Shown in pieces: positions 10,997 through 20,600 of a stretch of 64,000 bases of DNA. Below the pieces are notes generated by a model. The model worked only from the letters and a program-made list of their open reading frames with translations, was not told the origin of the DNA and ran no database searches. The translations under genes and the position numbers were made by a program. Position 1 is the first letter of the stretch; each line of letters begins with the position of its first letter. The stretch is from positions 1 through 64,000 of the forward strand of contig CBDBHR010000023.1 in the NCBI GenBank assembly GCA_965205865.1. The letters are read 5' to 3'. The DNA is from a bacterium. GTDB lineage: Bacteria; SAR324; NAC60-12.

Positions 10997-12734
10997 CAGG
11001 CTGTTGCAGATTTTTTTGCCTGCATAACGGGTCATACAATCAGTGAGAACGGGGTATGATCCCAATTCTCATCATAATGATGAAATGGTTTTTGATCTTT
11101 AAAATTGTTAGAATCATATAAACCTTTGCGTATGAAGCGTAGAGAAAGCGAATCAATCGAATCACCTCAAGGAGGCGATAGAGAATATTGAGGTTGTGAG
11201 CAATGGCCATGAGCATAAATTCGCCTTTGACTTGTCTCTGCCCTCGAAATCGAAATGAGGTAAAACCGAGATTGGCCTTCAAGTTGCCGAAGACCGGTTC
11301 GACGGTACTCATGCGCGTTTTGAGTCGTTGTTTGGCTTCTGGGGTTTGCAATTTATTGCGCATGGCTTCGGCGTAGGGCTCGCGCTCTTGGCGATGGATC
11401 TGTTTGAGTCGCGAGCGATTCTTCGGGGGCAGACACCGCTGAGCGAGGGGACAATCTTCACAGGATGGGGCCTGATAGGTGCTCCCTTGGGCCTGGCCCC
11501 GCTTGAAGTTACGCTGAAAGGAGAGCTGTTGCCCATTGGGACACTGATAGACATCATTTTTTGCATCGAAGAAAAAATCAGAACGTTCGAGCTTTCGATC
11601 GTTTTGCAGTAATTCTTCCAGGGGGGTCGGCTGGAGAGGGTTGGCTCTATTTTGCGGTTGCGGGTCGGCAATGACGGCATCAATCTGATGCTGCTCGATA
11701 TAGTTGAGTTGCTCAAAACTATGATAACCGGCATCCATATTATAACGACGTTGCCGATCTTCGGGAAGGTGGGTTTCTGCCTGTTGATGCATCGGCGCAA
11801 ATTGTTGGGTATCGTTGGCTTCGCAGACCACCTCAGCGGCCACAATCAGATGAGTGGCACGATCGACGGCTGCCTGCACAATTATAACCGGGTGTGTTAA
11901 TCGAGGGCATCATGCGTGCGTCGGCATCGGTCAGATTGATCTTATGGCCATCCCGATGTTCGGGTTTGAGGGTTTGCTGACGCGCTTGAAGATCTTGCTG
12001 AGATTGGAGAATCGTTGCTTCGAATTGCTCAAGACGGGCTTTTTCGCCACGAAGGGCGGCTAAGTCTTCTTCATCGCCTTGATGATCTTCAGACTCGCAA
12101 TTTAGAGGGGAGGCGATCGATTGACGCGTTTTTTCTAAAAGACGTTCTAATTGTTCTGCATTTTTCGAGCGTTTCTTACTGGCAGAGGTTTTCAGCTTCG
12201 AACCGTCAAGGTTTATTTCAGCGAAACCGGAGACCTGCTGATCAATGGCCATTTGAATCAATTGCTCAAAATAGAAGGGCAGGCGTTGCAAATGACGACG
12301 ACGGAACCGGCTCAAGGCACAGTGGTCGGGGGTCAGATGCGCTGAAACATAGATATAACAAAGATCGCGTTTACAAAGTTTCTCCAAAACACGACTACTC
12401 TCAATGCCTTCACTGTAGGCATAAAACCAGGTCGCTAACAGAATCGCCGGATCATAGGCATCCCCCCCTTGCGATTTGTAGGAGCCATAAAGCGAGGATA
12501 AATCCAAGCGGGAGACGAAATCTACCACAAAACGGCATTTATCGTTATCCGGGATCAAGTGGTTCAAATCGGTGGTGGATAATTGGAGGGTGGAACGATC
12601 ATTACTCAGAAAACCCATAATAGAAATCCATTTTTACTATGGTTATATGAAAAGTGGACTCAAACCAGATACTAGACTATGAAAAGTGTAGCAAAATCCA
12701 CCTGGAAAAAGCAAATAAAATCTGCAACAGCCTG
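10997..12734 (-). mobile_element. IS1182-family element, copy 1
   Basis: IRs CAGGCTGTTGCAGATTTT / AAAATCTGCAACAGCCTG; near-identical to 32439-34175. Confidence 0.92.
11040..12618 (-). pseudogene. IS1182 transposase, frameshifted
   Basis: One extra base at ~11880 relative to the intact copy at 32482-34059. Confidence 0.9.
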
Positions 12735-12969
12735 GAAAGCGGGAATCCAGGGTTTGAAGCTCCAGACCCCTGGATCCTCGCTTTCGCGAGGATGACATAC
12801 GGACAAAGTTTTTCAGGAATACCAACGAAATATGACACTACTCGTCGACTTTGAATATATGGTTTTTTTTAATTCACTCACCTCCTAAACTGAGCCCGGG
12901 GGAAGGGTAGTGACCCTCCCCCCGGTTTATCAGAGAAGCATGAGATCGCTCCATTCCCCGATTGGCTCA

Positions 12970-13805
12970 TTACTGTCCCAATATTTCTGCCTTTAAATCG
13001 CTGTTGATCCAGGCACGAGCGAAAATCCCGCCTACAGAAAAACAACAGGTATCATTGACTTCGCCGGCGTAGTTCTCTACCCATAGCCAGTAAGCCATGG
13101 TTACCATTGGAGTTGGTGCATAGGCCACATAAGCTTTCGACAGTCACAACTGGTTCAAACCCTTCATGATCTTGTCCGCTTCAACTGGGTCCGTTGTTTG
13201 TGACCACTGCGCATAAATCTGGTTTAATTCAGGATCATCAACCACCGCGACTTGACCCAAAGGAGCCTCATCAATTGCAAAACTGTTCATAGTATGCCCC
13301 GGAAGACCAACTGAGTTAGCCAACACAGTAAGCGGCGCATGCTTATTTTTTCCTAATATGCCATATAAAGTAGACGAATTCCGCAAATCAATTTTGACGT
13401 CGATTCCGATATCCTTCCACATAGCTGCCAGAAAAGCGACCACATCTCGCTCAGGCTCCTGTACAAATGCTTGTATGGTAGTCTCGAAACCGTTCGGGTA
13501 GCCTGCCTCGGCTAATAGTTGCCTCGCACGCTCAGGGTTATACTCAAAATTTTCCCGAGTTGATTCCGGTAGCTTCTCCAGAGGAGTATAGAGATTCTCT
13601 GCATATCCTGAATGGAGCTCAGCGTTTAAAATCACTCCACTACCCCCCCACAAGGTATTGATAAAGCCTTCTCGATCTATAGCCATGCTTATTGCTTTCC
13701 GCACCCTGATATCGTCAAAGGGCTTCACATCCAGCCTCATGCCGATTCTCCAGGCTCTCTCTGCCGGTCTCTCTATCATCTTTAGTTCGGGACTTGATCT
13801 TCTTA
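12970..13805 (-). pseudogene. Family-5 ABC substrate-binding protein, C-terminal remnant
   Basis: Paralog of 51445-53229; 5' part replaced at ~13805 by IS DNA; TGG>TGA at 13146-13144. Confidence 0.88.
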
Positions 13806-13914
13806 GCTAGATCCTAGCCGAAAAGGTATTTTTTAGAATTATATCTTTAAACTTGAGGTTAAAAAGTGCCATAATTCATTGAAATAACTGTGAATAACTT
13901 CAATATTAAGAATT

Positions 13915-14856
13915 ATGGCACCCAAAATGAAACCATTCATTCGAGCAGAAAAACATCTTTTTTTAAGCGCTCCTGATACAGAATTTGAAAATTTCTTATC
14001 AGAACTTGATCAATTGTCTGAGCGAGAGCCGGAGATATTGGACAAAATTGAACAGGATTTGGAGAAATACGCAAGAAATAAAAAGAAAGAGCGTTTAGAG
14101 GATAAACGATGGCAGGAAGCCCGGAATCCATGGCTTCCTCATCTTCCCGTAGAAGATGAGGAATTGAAGCCGGAAGAACTGAGGCTGGAAATAGGGTGTC
14201 CTCGGATGTCGGCTTTTTTAGTCTACCTTTTTATGATGATTCGGGGATATTTAGGAAGTATCAAATCCCAAACGGCCCAAATATTTCTTTCAGAGTCAAT
14301 CACACTGCATCTGCTTCTGCTCAACCGTGGATTGAAAATGCCGGGAGCGAGTACAATCCTTGATAATGTCAATGCTGTCAGCAACGAGAGCAGACAGTTT
14401 ATTTTCGATGCTCAAATTCGAATGGTTCTCGATGAAGAGTTGGACGATTTTGATATTTTAAAACTGGATAGCACCTCTGTAAAAGGAAATACAGCTTGGC
14501 CTACTGATTCGTCGATATTGACTCGTCTCGTGGAGCGAAGCTACCATCGAGGGCGTTCCCTTGATACATTTGGAATCGCTGAGATCAGTGAAAGAAATTT
14601 TGATTTCCTCATCAAGGAGATGAATAAGCTCTCTAAGATGATTGCTTTTGAGACAGGTAAAAAGGACAGTAAAACGAAGCGAAAAAAACATTACAAAACC
14701 CTATTGAAGAAAGCTCAAAGCGCTCATGGGAAATTTTTAAAAGAAATGGCAAAGGTGGATATCCGTGCCCAAAAAGCTCTTCTCCCCCCTTCTCGGAAAA
14801 CGCGTTTGATTCGCCTCATTATATGGTCTCTGCGATGCAGAACCGGCGCACATTAG
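13915..14856 (+). pseudogene. ISNCY/IS5-like DDE transposase, C-terminally truncated
   Basis: LDSTSVKGNTAWPTDSSIL motif; ORF ends before the later catalytic residues. Confidence 0.7.
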
Positions 14857-15016
14857 GAGTGATCAGGCGTTCCTTGATCATCGCTCGGAAAAATTAACCT
14901 AAAAGTTGGCAACGAATGCTGCCGGTGTTTCCCATTAATTTTTGAACTTCAACTGGTAAATAGATCTGGCGAGACCCTGTGATTCCCAGGCTGCCGATGT
15001 AGAAAATGGCAGCAGT

Positions 15017-15460
15017 GTGCCGTCTTCTGACATGGTGATGGGATTCTTGGACACCTATCGCATCGAAATTGAAGAGTTTCTCAGAGAAACGGGCTATCTT
15101 GCTGTTCAGAATGAACCAGAACAAAAAGGTAGGATTAAACAAATCCCTATCCTTACCTGGACACAGGCTGGCCATTGGAGAGAATGTACAAATTCTCAAC
15201 AGGAGGATTGGAAGCTTATGGAGACCGATTCCAAAGGCACGTTTGCTTTGCGGGTTCGGAGAAATAGCATGGAACCGGAATTTCATCAGGAAGACATTAT
15301 TGTGATTAATCCTTATCTCAAAGCGGAGCACAATGACTATGTTGTTGTTTGTAATGAAGAGTGGGAAGCAACGTTCAAACAATTGAAGAAGTATGGATAA
15401 ACCAGGGTGCCGCATCCCTTGAATACCAAATATGAGGACATTGAGTTGAGCAAGCACATG
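15017..15460 (+). pseudogene. LexA/CI-like S24 peptidase domain remnant
   Basis: IPILTWTQAG, FALRV..NSMEP and EATFKQL, then an in-frame TAA followed by PLNTKY. Confidence 0.75.
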
Positions 15461-15579
15461 GACATTTGTAAAGCAATATTCTCTTTCAATTACCAACCAT
15501 CACCAGAGGTTAACTTGGGGTGCAGGGGATCGTTGATCCCTTGCCCGACAGAGGCAGCATTTAAGCAGCCTTAGCAAAT

Positions 15580-15905
15580 TGTTGAAGTTCAAACTGTCCG
15601 GAGCAAATATTTTTCTTTGGCTCTCATGTATGAGGAAATCCAAATCAAGACAGTGATTTGGATTTATTAGTGATTGTAAAAAATAGTGAACTGTCACCGA
15701 CCATGAGGGCCTCCCTGGCTTATCGTCTCCTCAGAGATATTCCCTATCCTTTAGATATTTTGGTAAAAACTCGAAAAGAAGTTAATAAATTTTCAGAGGT
15801 TCCTGCTGCCTTAGAATATCAAATATTGCAGAGGGGGAAACGTATTTATGGATGATAAAGCAATTTTGGTAAAAAATTGGCTGATCAAAGCAATTCATGA
15901 CTTGT
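15580..15905 (+). pseudogene. MNT nucleotidyltransferase (stop codon) plus HEPN toxin stub
   Basis: IFLFGSHV*GNPNQDSDLDLLVI (GS..DxD motif); overlapping MDDKAILVKNWLIKAIHDL truncated at ~15905. Confidence 0.7.
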
Positions 15906-16160
15906 CTCGTTTGGTCATGGCTTCCGCCTTTCTAAAAATGGTCATCTCCTAAGGGGCGACCCGTCCGAAAATGATCTCGAAATCTTTCTAAATGATGGAA
16001 CTCCTCCTTGAGATACTCCTTCCAATCGTCAGGGCTCCCAAACCATTGACTTTGTTGAACCAAGGGATCTCGATCAATCATCCCCAGATGAAATCGGACG
16101 CTAGACCAGGGAAAATCTTTGGCGAGGGGGAGATTCCAGCTGGAAACAGGGATTTAGTCC
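15905..16160 (-). pseudogene. REP-associated tyrosine transposase (RAYT/Y1) C-terminal relic
   Basis: Minus strand reads LNP..AGISPSPKDFPWSSVRFHLG...DPLV...WKEYL...FRDHFRTGRPLG, matching the NPxxAG/PWSS/TGRPLG pattern. Confidence 0.6.
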
Positions 16161-16321
16161 TTGACGCTTTCATGGCTCACAGGGGAGCCAAATTCTTCAA
16201 GCCGTTTAGGAAAAAGAACTAGGCGACTTAGGCATCAGGCAAGAAGTTCAATAGTCAGTCAAAGTATTAAAAGACGGCATATTAAAACCATATTATGAAT
16301 GAAATACCGATAGATGATTTA

Positions 16322-16720
16322 TCACTCATTTGGCAGGATCCTGATCTGTTTGCAGGAAAGGATTGAGTGATCAGCAGTGATGAAAATCAGGTTATAGATC
16401 AATGCTGTTGCCACGAGAAAACGATCAGCCGGATCTTGATGGGGTAAATCCAGCAGGCGGCTTTGCAGAGCGATTTCATGGTTCAAGGGAGCTTCTTTGA
16501 ATGGAATCCTGGAGTAAACTTTTTTTATCCATTCGGAAGGGTTGGAGCCATCCAAAGTGATTCGGTTTTTCTCAGCCATGATCATGATTTCCCAAGTCGT
16601 AATGGGTGATAGCCAAAATTCATTTGATGCGTTTTCCAGAACATCTGTGACTTGTTTTGAAAGTTTGCTGGGTTCCAATATACTCCACAAAAAAATATGG
16701 GTATCGAGCAGAAACTTCAT
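16322..16720 (-). CDS. vapC: VapC PIN-domain toxin
   Basis: MKFLLDTHIFLW, SPITTWE and HQDPADRFLVATA motifs. Confidence 0.9.
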   Translation of the reverse strand: MKFLLDTHIFLWSILEPSKLSKQVTDVLENASNEFWLSPITTWEIMIMAEKNRITLDGSNPSEWIKKVYSRIPFKEAPLNHEIALQSRLLDLPHQDPADRFLVATALIYNLIFITADHSILSCKQIRILPNE

Positions 16721-16971
16721 TTTTTTAAAACCTCCCATTCTGTTTCATCCAATATTGGGGAAACAATATCTCCCTCGATTTTCCCTTGCCCCTGAAACAT
16801 CCCTAACCACGACGACGGTTTTTCTTGTGGCGGGGGAGGAGAAATGAGAGCAATCGGGTCTCCTCTACGGGTTATTAATACGGAATCCCCGGTCCTTCGT
16901 ACTTGTTCTAAAACCTTCAAACAGGTAGCCTTGAATTCTGAAATAGCGATCACCTCCAATTCATTTTCCAT
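16717..16971 (-). CDS. Phd/YefM antitoxin
   Basis: ISEFKATCLKVLEQV...VLITRRGDPIA; overlaps the toxin start. Confidence 0.88.
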   Translation of the reverse strand: MENELEVIAISEFKATCLKVLEQVRRTGDSVLITRRGDPIALISPPPPQEKPSSWLGMFQGQGKIEGDIVSPILDETEWEVLKK

Positions 16972-17026
16972 TCTTAATCTCCTCTCTAAAATGGTTATTG
17001 ATTTTTCAAATTTAATATAAATGAAG

Positions 17027-17049
17027 ACTATGGTCAATGATTATAGTCT
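17027..17049. promoter_or_regulatory. Palindrome upstream of the TA operon (candidate operator)
   Basis: GACTAT-N11-ATAGTC. Confidence 0.35.
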
Positions 17050-17266
17050 AACTTTATTTTTGAGGTTATTTTACTAAATAAATTTCATTATAGTCAACCA
17101 TCGACTCGTATCGATTTGATGAATCTGGATTGAGGAACATAAAGATTAAGATTGGCCACCAAACTGGATCTTTAGGGAAAACGCCAGTTCTGAAAGAAAG
17201 ATTGAGCTGCGTTAACGGATATCCTTAATATTTTGGAAAGCAGTCTATCATCTCATCTCTCCTCGG

Positions 17267-17625
17267 GCGGATTACTTCGTAGTAGAGATGAAGTTTCTGT
17301 GATAGAAGAAGTATATTTTTCTTGCGTTAAATCATCTGAAAGGTTATACCAATCTAAAATTTAAAATCAAAAGTTTTTGTTAAATCATCTTAGCGGATTA
17401 CTTCGTAGTAGAGATGAAGTTTCTGTGATGGAAGTATGATTTTTCTTGCGTTAAATCATCTGAAAGGTTATACAAATCTAAAAATTTAAAATCAAAAATT
17501 TTCACTAAATCATCTATGATGTGGGAGCGTCAAGTGGATGAAACAGCTCAAGACCATCCCTTAATTTCCATTAAACCATCTTAGATGTGGGAGCGCCAAG
17601 TGGATGAAACAACTCAAGCCCATTC
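17267..17625 (+). repeat. Two nested tandem duplications (126-bp period x2, then 66-bp period x2) upstream of activator 1
   Basis: GCGGATTACTTCGTAGTAGAG at 17267 and 17393; GATGTGGGAGCG at 17518 and 17584; TAAATCATCT motif recurs. Confidence 0.9.
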
Positions 17626-20600
17626 CTTTCATGAGATCAAAAAGCTCTTTTCGAACGATGAAGTCTGTCGCAATCACCTCTTCCACCTCCGTTGGCCAAC
17701 CGGTTATGTGTGCTCAGTCTGCGGTAGTAACTGTTACGATGCCCTGAAAAAACGTCAATTACTGCAATGCAGGAATTGTAAACACCAGACTTCAATCATC
17801 GCGGGCACGATCATGCACCGGACGCGGACTCCGCTGCGTTACTGGTTTTGGGGGATTTATTTTGTGGCTGTATGCAATGGGGAGACGACGGCTCAACAAT
17901 TAGCAGAAAAAATCGGATTGAATTACCATGCCGCCCGGAGAATGCTGGGAAAAATCCACGAAATTGAAAAAAACCAAGGGTTCCTGGGGGATCTGCTGAA
18001 AAGCTTCAAAATTTCTCAATGGTCCAAGGAAGAACTCTCTACCGGACCGGGAATGGAAACGCCACCCAGGTCAATAAAAGGGTCGTATCCACTAATAGAG
18101 CAGACGATTCCCGACGGGAAAAAACTTGAGATTCCGGGTTATTCACTGGAGGAGGTCATTTTTGAAAGCAGCCGGACCCGGCTCTGGCGTGGCAAGCGGC
18201 AAAGCGACGGGCTTTTGGTCCTGATCAAGGGAGCGGCATCATCCGAACAGAGCGCGCAGGAGTTGGCGGAAATGCGGCATGAGCATGAGATCACCCGGGC
18301 TCTCAAGATCGAAGGGGTCCTCAGGGCAGAGGAACTGGCGCAGTGTGAGAACGGATGGGCTTTGATCTTGGAAAACACCGAAGGGTTCCCTTTAAGAAAA
18401 CTGATGGATGTTGCCCGGCTCGACCTGTTGGACTCGCTCAAGGTATCGGTTTCACTGGCCGGCATCCTGGAAGAAGTGCACCGGCAGGGCATCTTGCATA
18501 AAATGATCAACCCGTTCAATATTTTTGTCGATCCGGGATCAGGAACGGTCAAACTGACCGGCTTCGGCCTGGCCACCCGGTTGCCTAAGGAAAATTTGAC
18601 TATGTTGAGTCCCCAGCTAAGCGGGGAAACCTTGCTCTATCTCTCCCCCGAGCAGACCGGCCGGATGAACCGCCCACTCGATTATCGCAGTGATTTTTAT
18701 TCCCTGGGCGCCACTCTTTACGAACTTTTCAGCGGGAGAGTGCCTTTCCACTCCCGGGAGGCCATGGAAATCATCCACGCTCACATTGCTCGGCAGCCTG
18801 TACCCCCAGACCAGATAGCGCCGCAGGTGCCCAAAACTCTTTCTCGCCTGGTGATGAAACTGATGGCTAAGCGTGCCGAGGTGCGCTACCAGAGTCATTC
18901 GGGCCTGGCTGCCGATCTCCTGACTTGTGTGGAGCAACTGGAAAACCAGGGGAGCCTGTCCGACTTTCCTCTGGCTCGCCATGACATTCCCAAAGAACTA
19001 CAGATCGCTCCGGGGCTTTACGGCCGGGAGGATGAAATCTCCGCCCTGGAGGGCGCCCTGGAGCGAGTCAGCCAGGGAGCGACCGAGATAGTGCTGGTCT
19101 CGGGATCCGCCGGTGTCGGCAAAACCGTCCTTGTCGGTGAAATTCACCGGTCCGTTGCCCAAAAAAATGGTTTCTTCATCTCCGGCAAGTTTGACCAGCT
19201 CCGGCACAATATCCCTTACAGCGCGCTGATCCAGGCGCTACGGGGACTCATCCGGGAGGCATCGACCGAAGGCAAATCCGAAATGGAGCGTTGGAAAAGC
19301 AGGATACGGGCTGCCCTGGGGCCCAACGGACAACTGATGACCCGGGTGATCCCGGAACTGGAACAGATGATCGGCCCGCAACCCCCGCTGCCGGAAATGG
19401 GAGCGCTGGAGACCCGCAACCGCTTCACTGCCGTTTTACTGGAATTCATCTCCGTTTTCTGTGAAAAAACCCATCCCCTGGTTATTTTTTTGGACGACTT
19501 GCAGTGGGTGGACGCCGATACTCTTAAACTGATGGAACGCATTGCTCAGGATCCCGAGAGGAAAGCTCTGCTTTTCCTGGGGGCCTATCGCGACAACGAG
19601 GTGGAGGCCGGCCACCGGCTGATGATCAGTTGTGAGGTAATCAAAAAAACAGGCCAGCCGCTGCAGACGATCCCCTTAAAGCCCCTGAACCCGGAGAACA
19701 TCTCACAACTGCTCGTCCATACCTGCCACTGCCGTCCTGAGGAGGCAAACCCACTGGCCGAGCTCCTGGTACGAAAAACCGGCGGCAATCCCTTCTTTGT
19801 GAGCCAGTTCTTGACCGTACTCTCCGAAAAGGACCTGATCCGCTACTCACCTGAGGAAAAACAGTGGATCTGGAACCTGGCTGCCATCGAGTTCCTGGCG
19901 GTGACCGATAATGTGGTGGATTTACTGATTGACCGGTTCCATCGGTTTTCCTCTGAAACCAGGAAACTCTTAAGCCTGGCGGCCTGCATCGGCAATACCT
20001 TTGACCTGGAATCGTTGGAACGGATCAGCGGAGAAGGAAGCGGGGAGATCTATGAGAACCTGTTGCCGGCCCTTGAAACCGGGTTGATCCTTGGTTTTTC
20101 CCGGGCCCCGGAGCTAGATAATCCTCTGGCCGGAGCGAGCGCGGAGGGTGGCAGCTACAAATTCCTGCATGACCGGGTGCAGCAGGCTGCCTATGCCCTC
20201 ATTGCGCAAAAGGAGAGACAGCCGGTCCATCTTCGCATCGGTCAGACTCTGCTCAAGCAATACGCTCCTGGAAAAAGTGACGCTCTGCTTTTTGACATCG
20301 TCCACCATCTCAACCTGGCCCGGAGGGTGAACAACGGGTCGAAAGAACGATCGAATCTGGCGGAACTCAACCTGAAAGCCGGTCGTCAGGCCAGGGCGGC
20401 TTCGGCTTTTGAAAAGGCCCTGGAATATTTTACCATAGGCCTGGACCTTTTAGAGGTTGCCGCCTGGAAACGGCATTATCCCCTGGCCTTATCTCTGCAC
20501 GAGGAAGCCACGGAGATGTCATCGCTCTGCGGCCGGTTCGAGTTGATGGAGAAGCTGGCGGGTGCCGTAAAAGACAACGCCCGACAGGACCTGGACCTGG

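Larger units (their letters stand above)
10902..12858. repeat. ~220-bp MITE with REP-like core, interrupted by IS1182
   Basis: Both halves match the uninterrupted copy at 24561-24778. Confidence 0.85.

Noticed and set aside
14894-15500. Prophage suggested by the S24 repressor-like fragment
   Set aside because: Isolated pseudogene with no phage structural, integrase or replication genes nearby
449-15635. Several in-frame stops at Trp-like positions (451, 10349, 13146, ~15631) suggesting stop-codon recoding
   Set aside because: Both TAG and TGA are involved. Intact paralogs have TGG, and TGA terminates normal genes (ATGA overlaps). The affected genes carry other lesions, so this is ordinary G>A decay
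17267-17625. Repeats as a CRISPR array
   Set aside because: Only two copies per unit, no unique spacers and no cas genes
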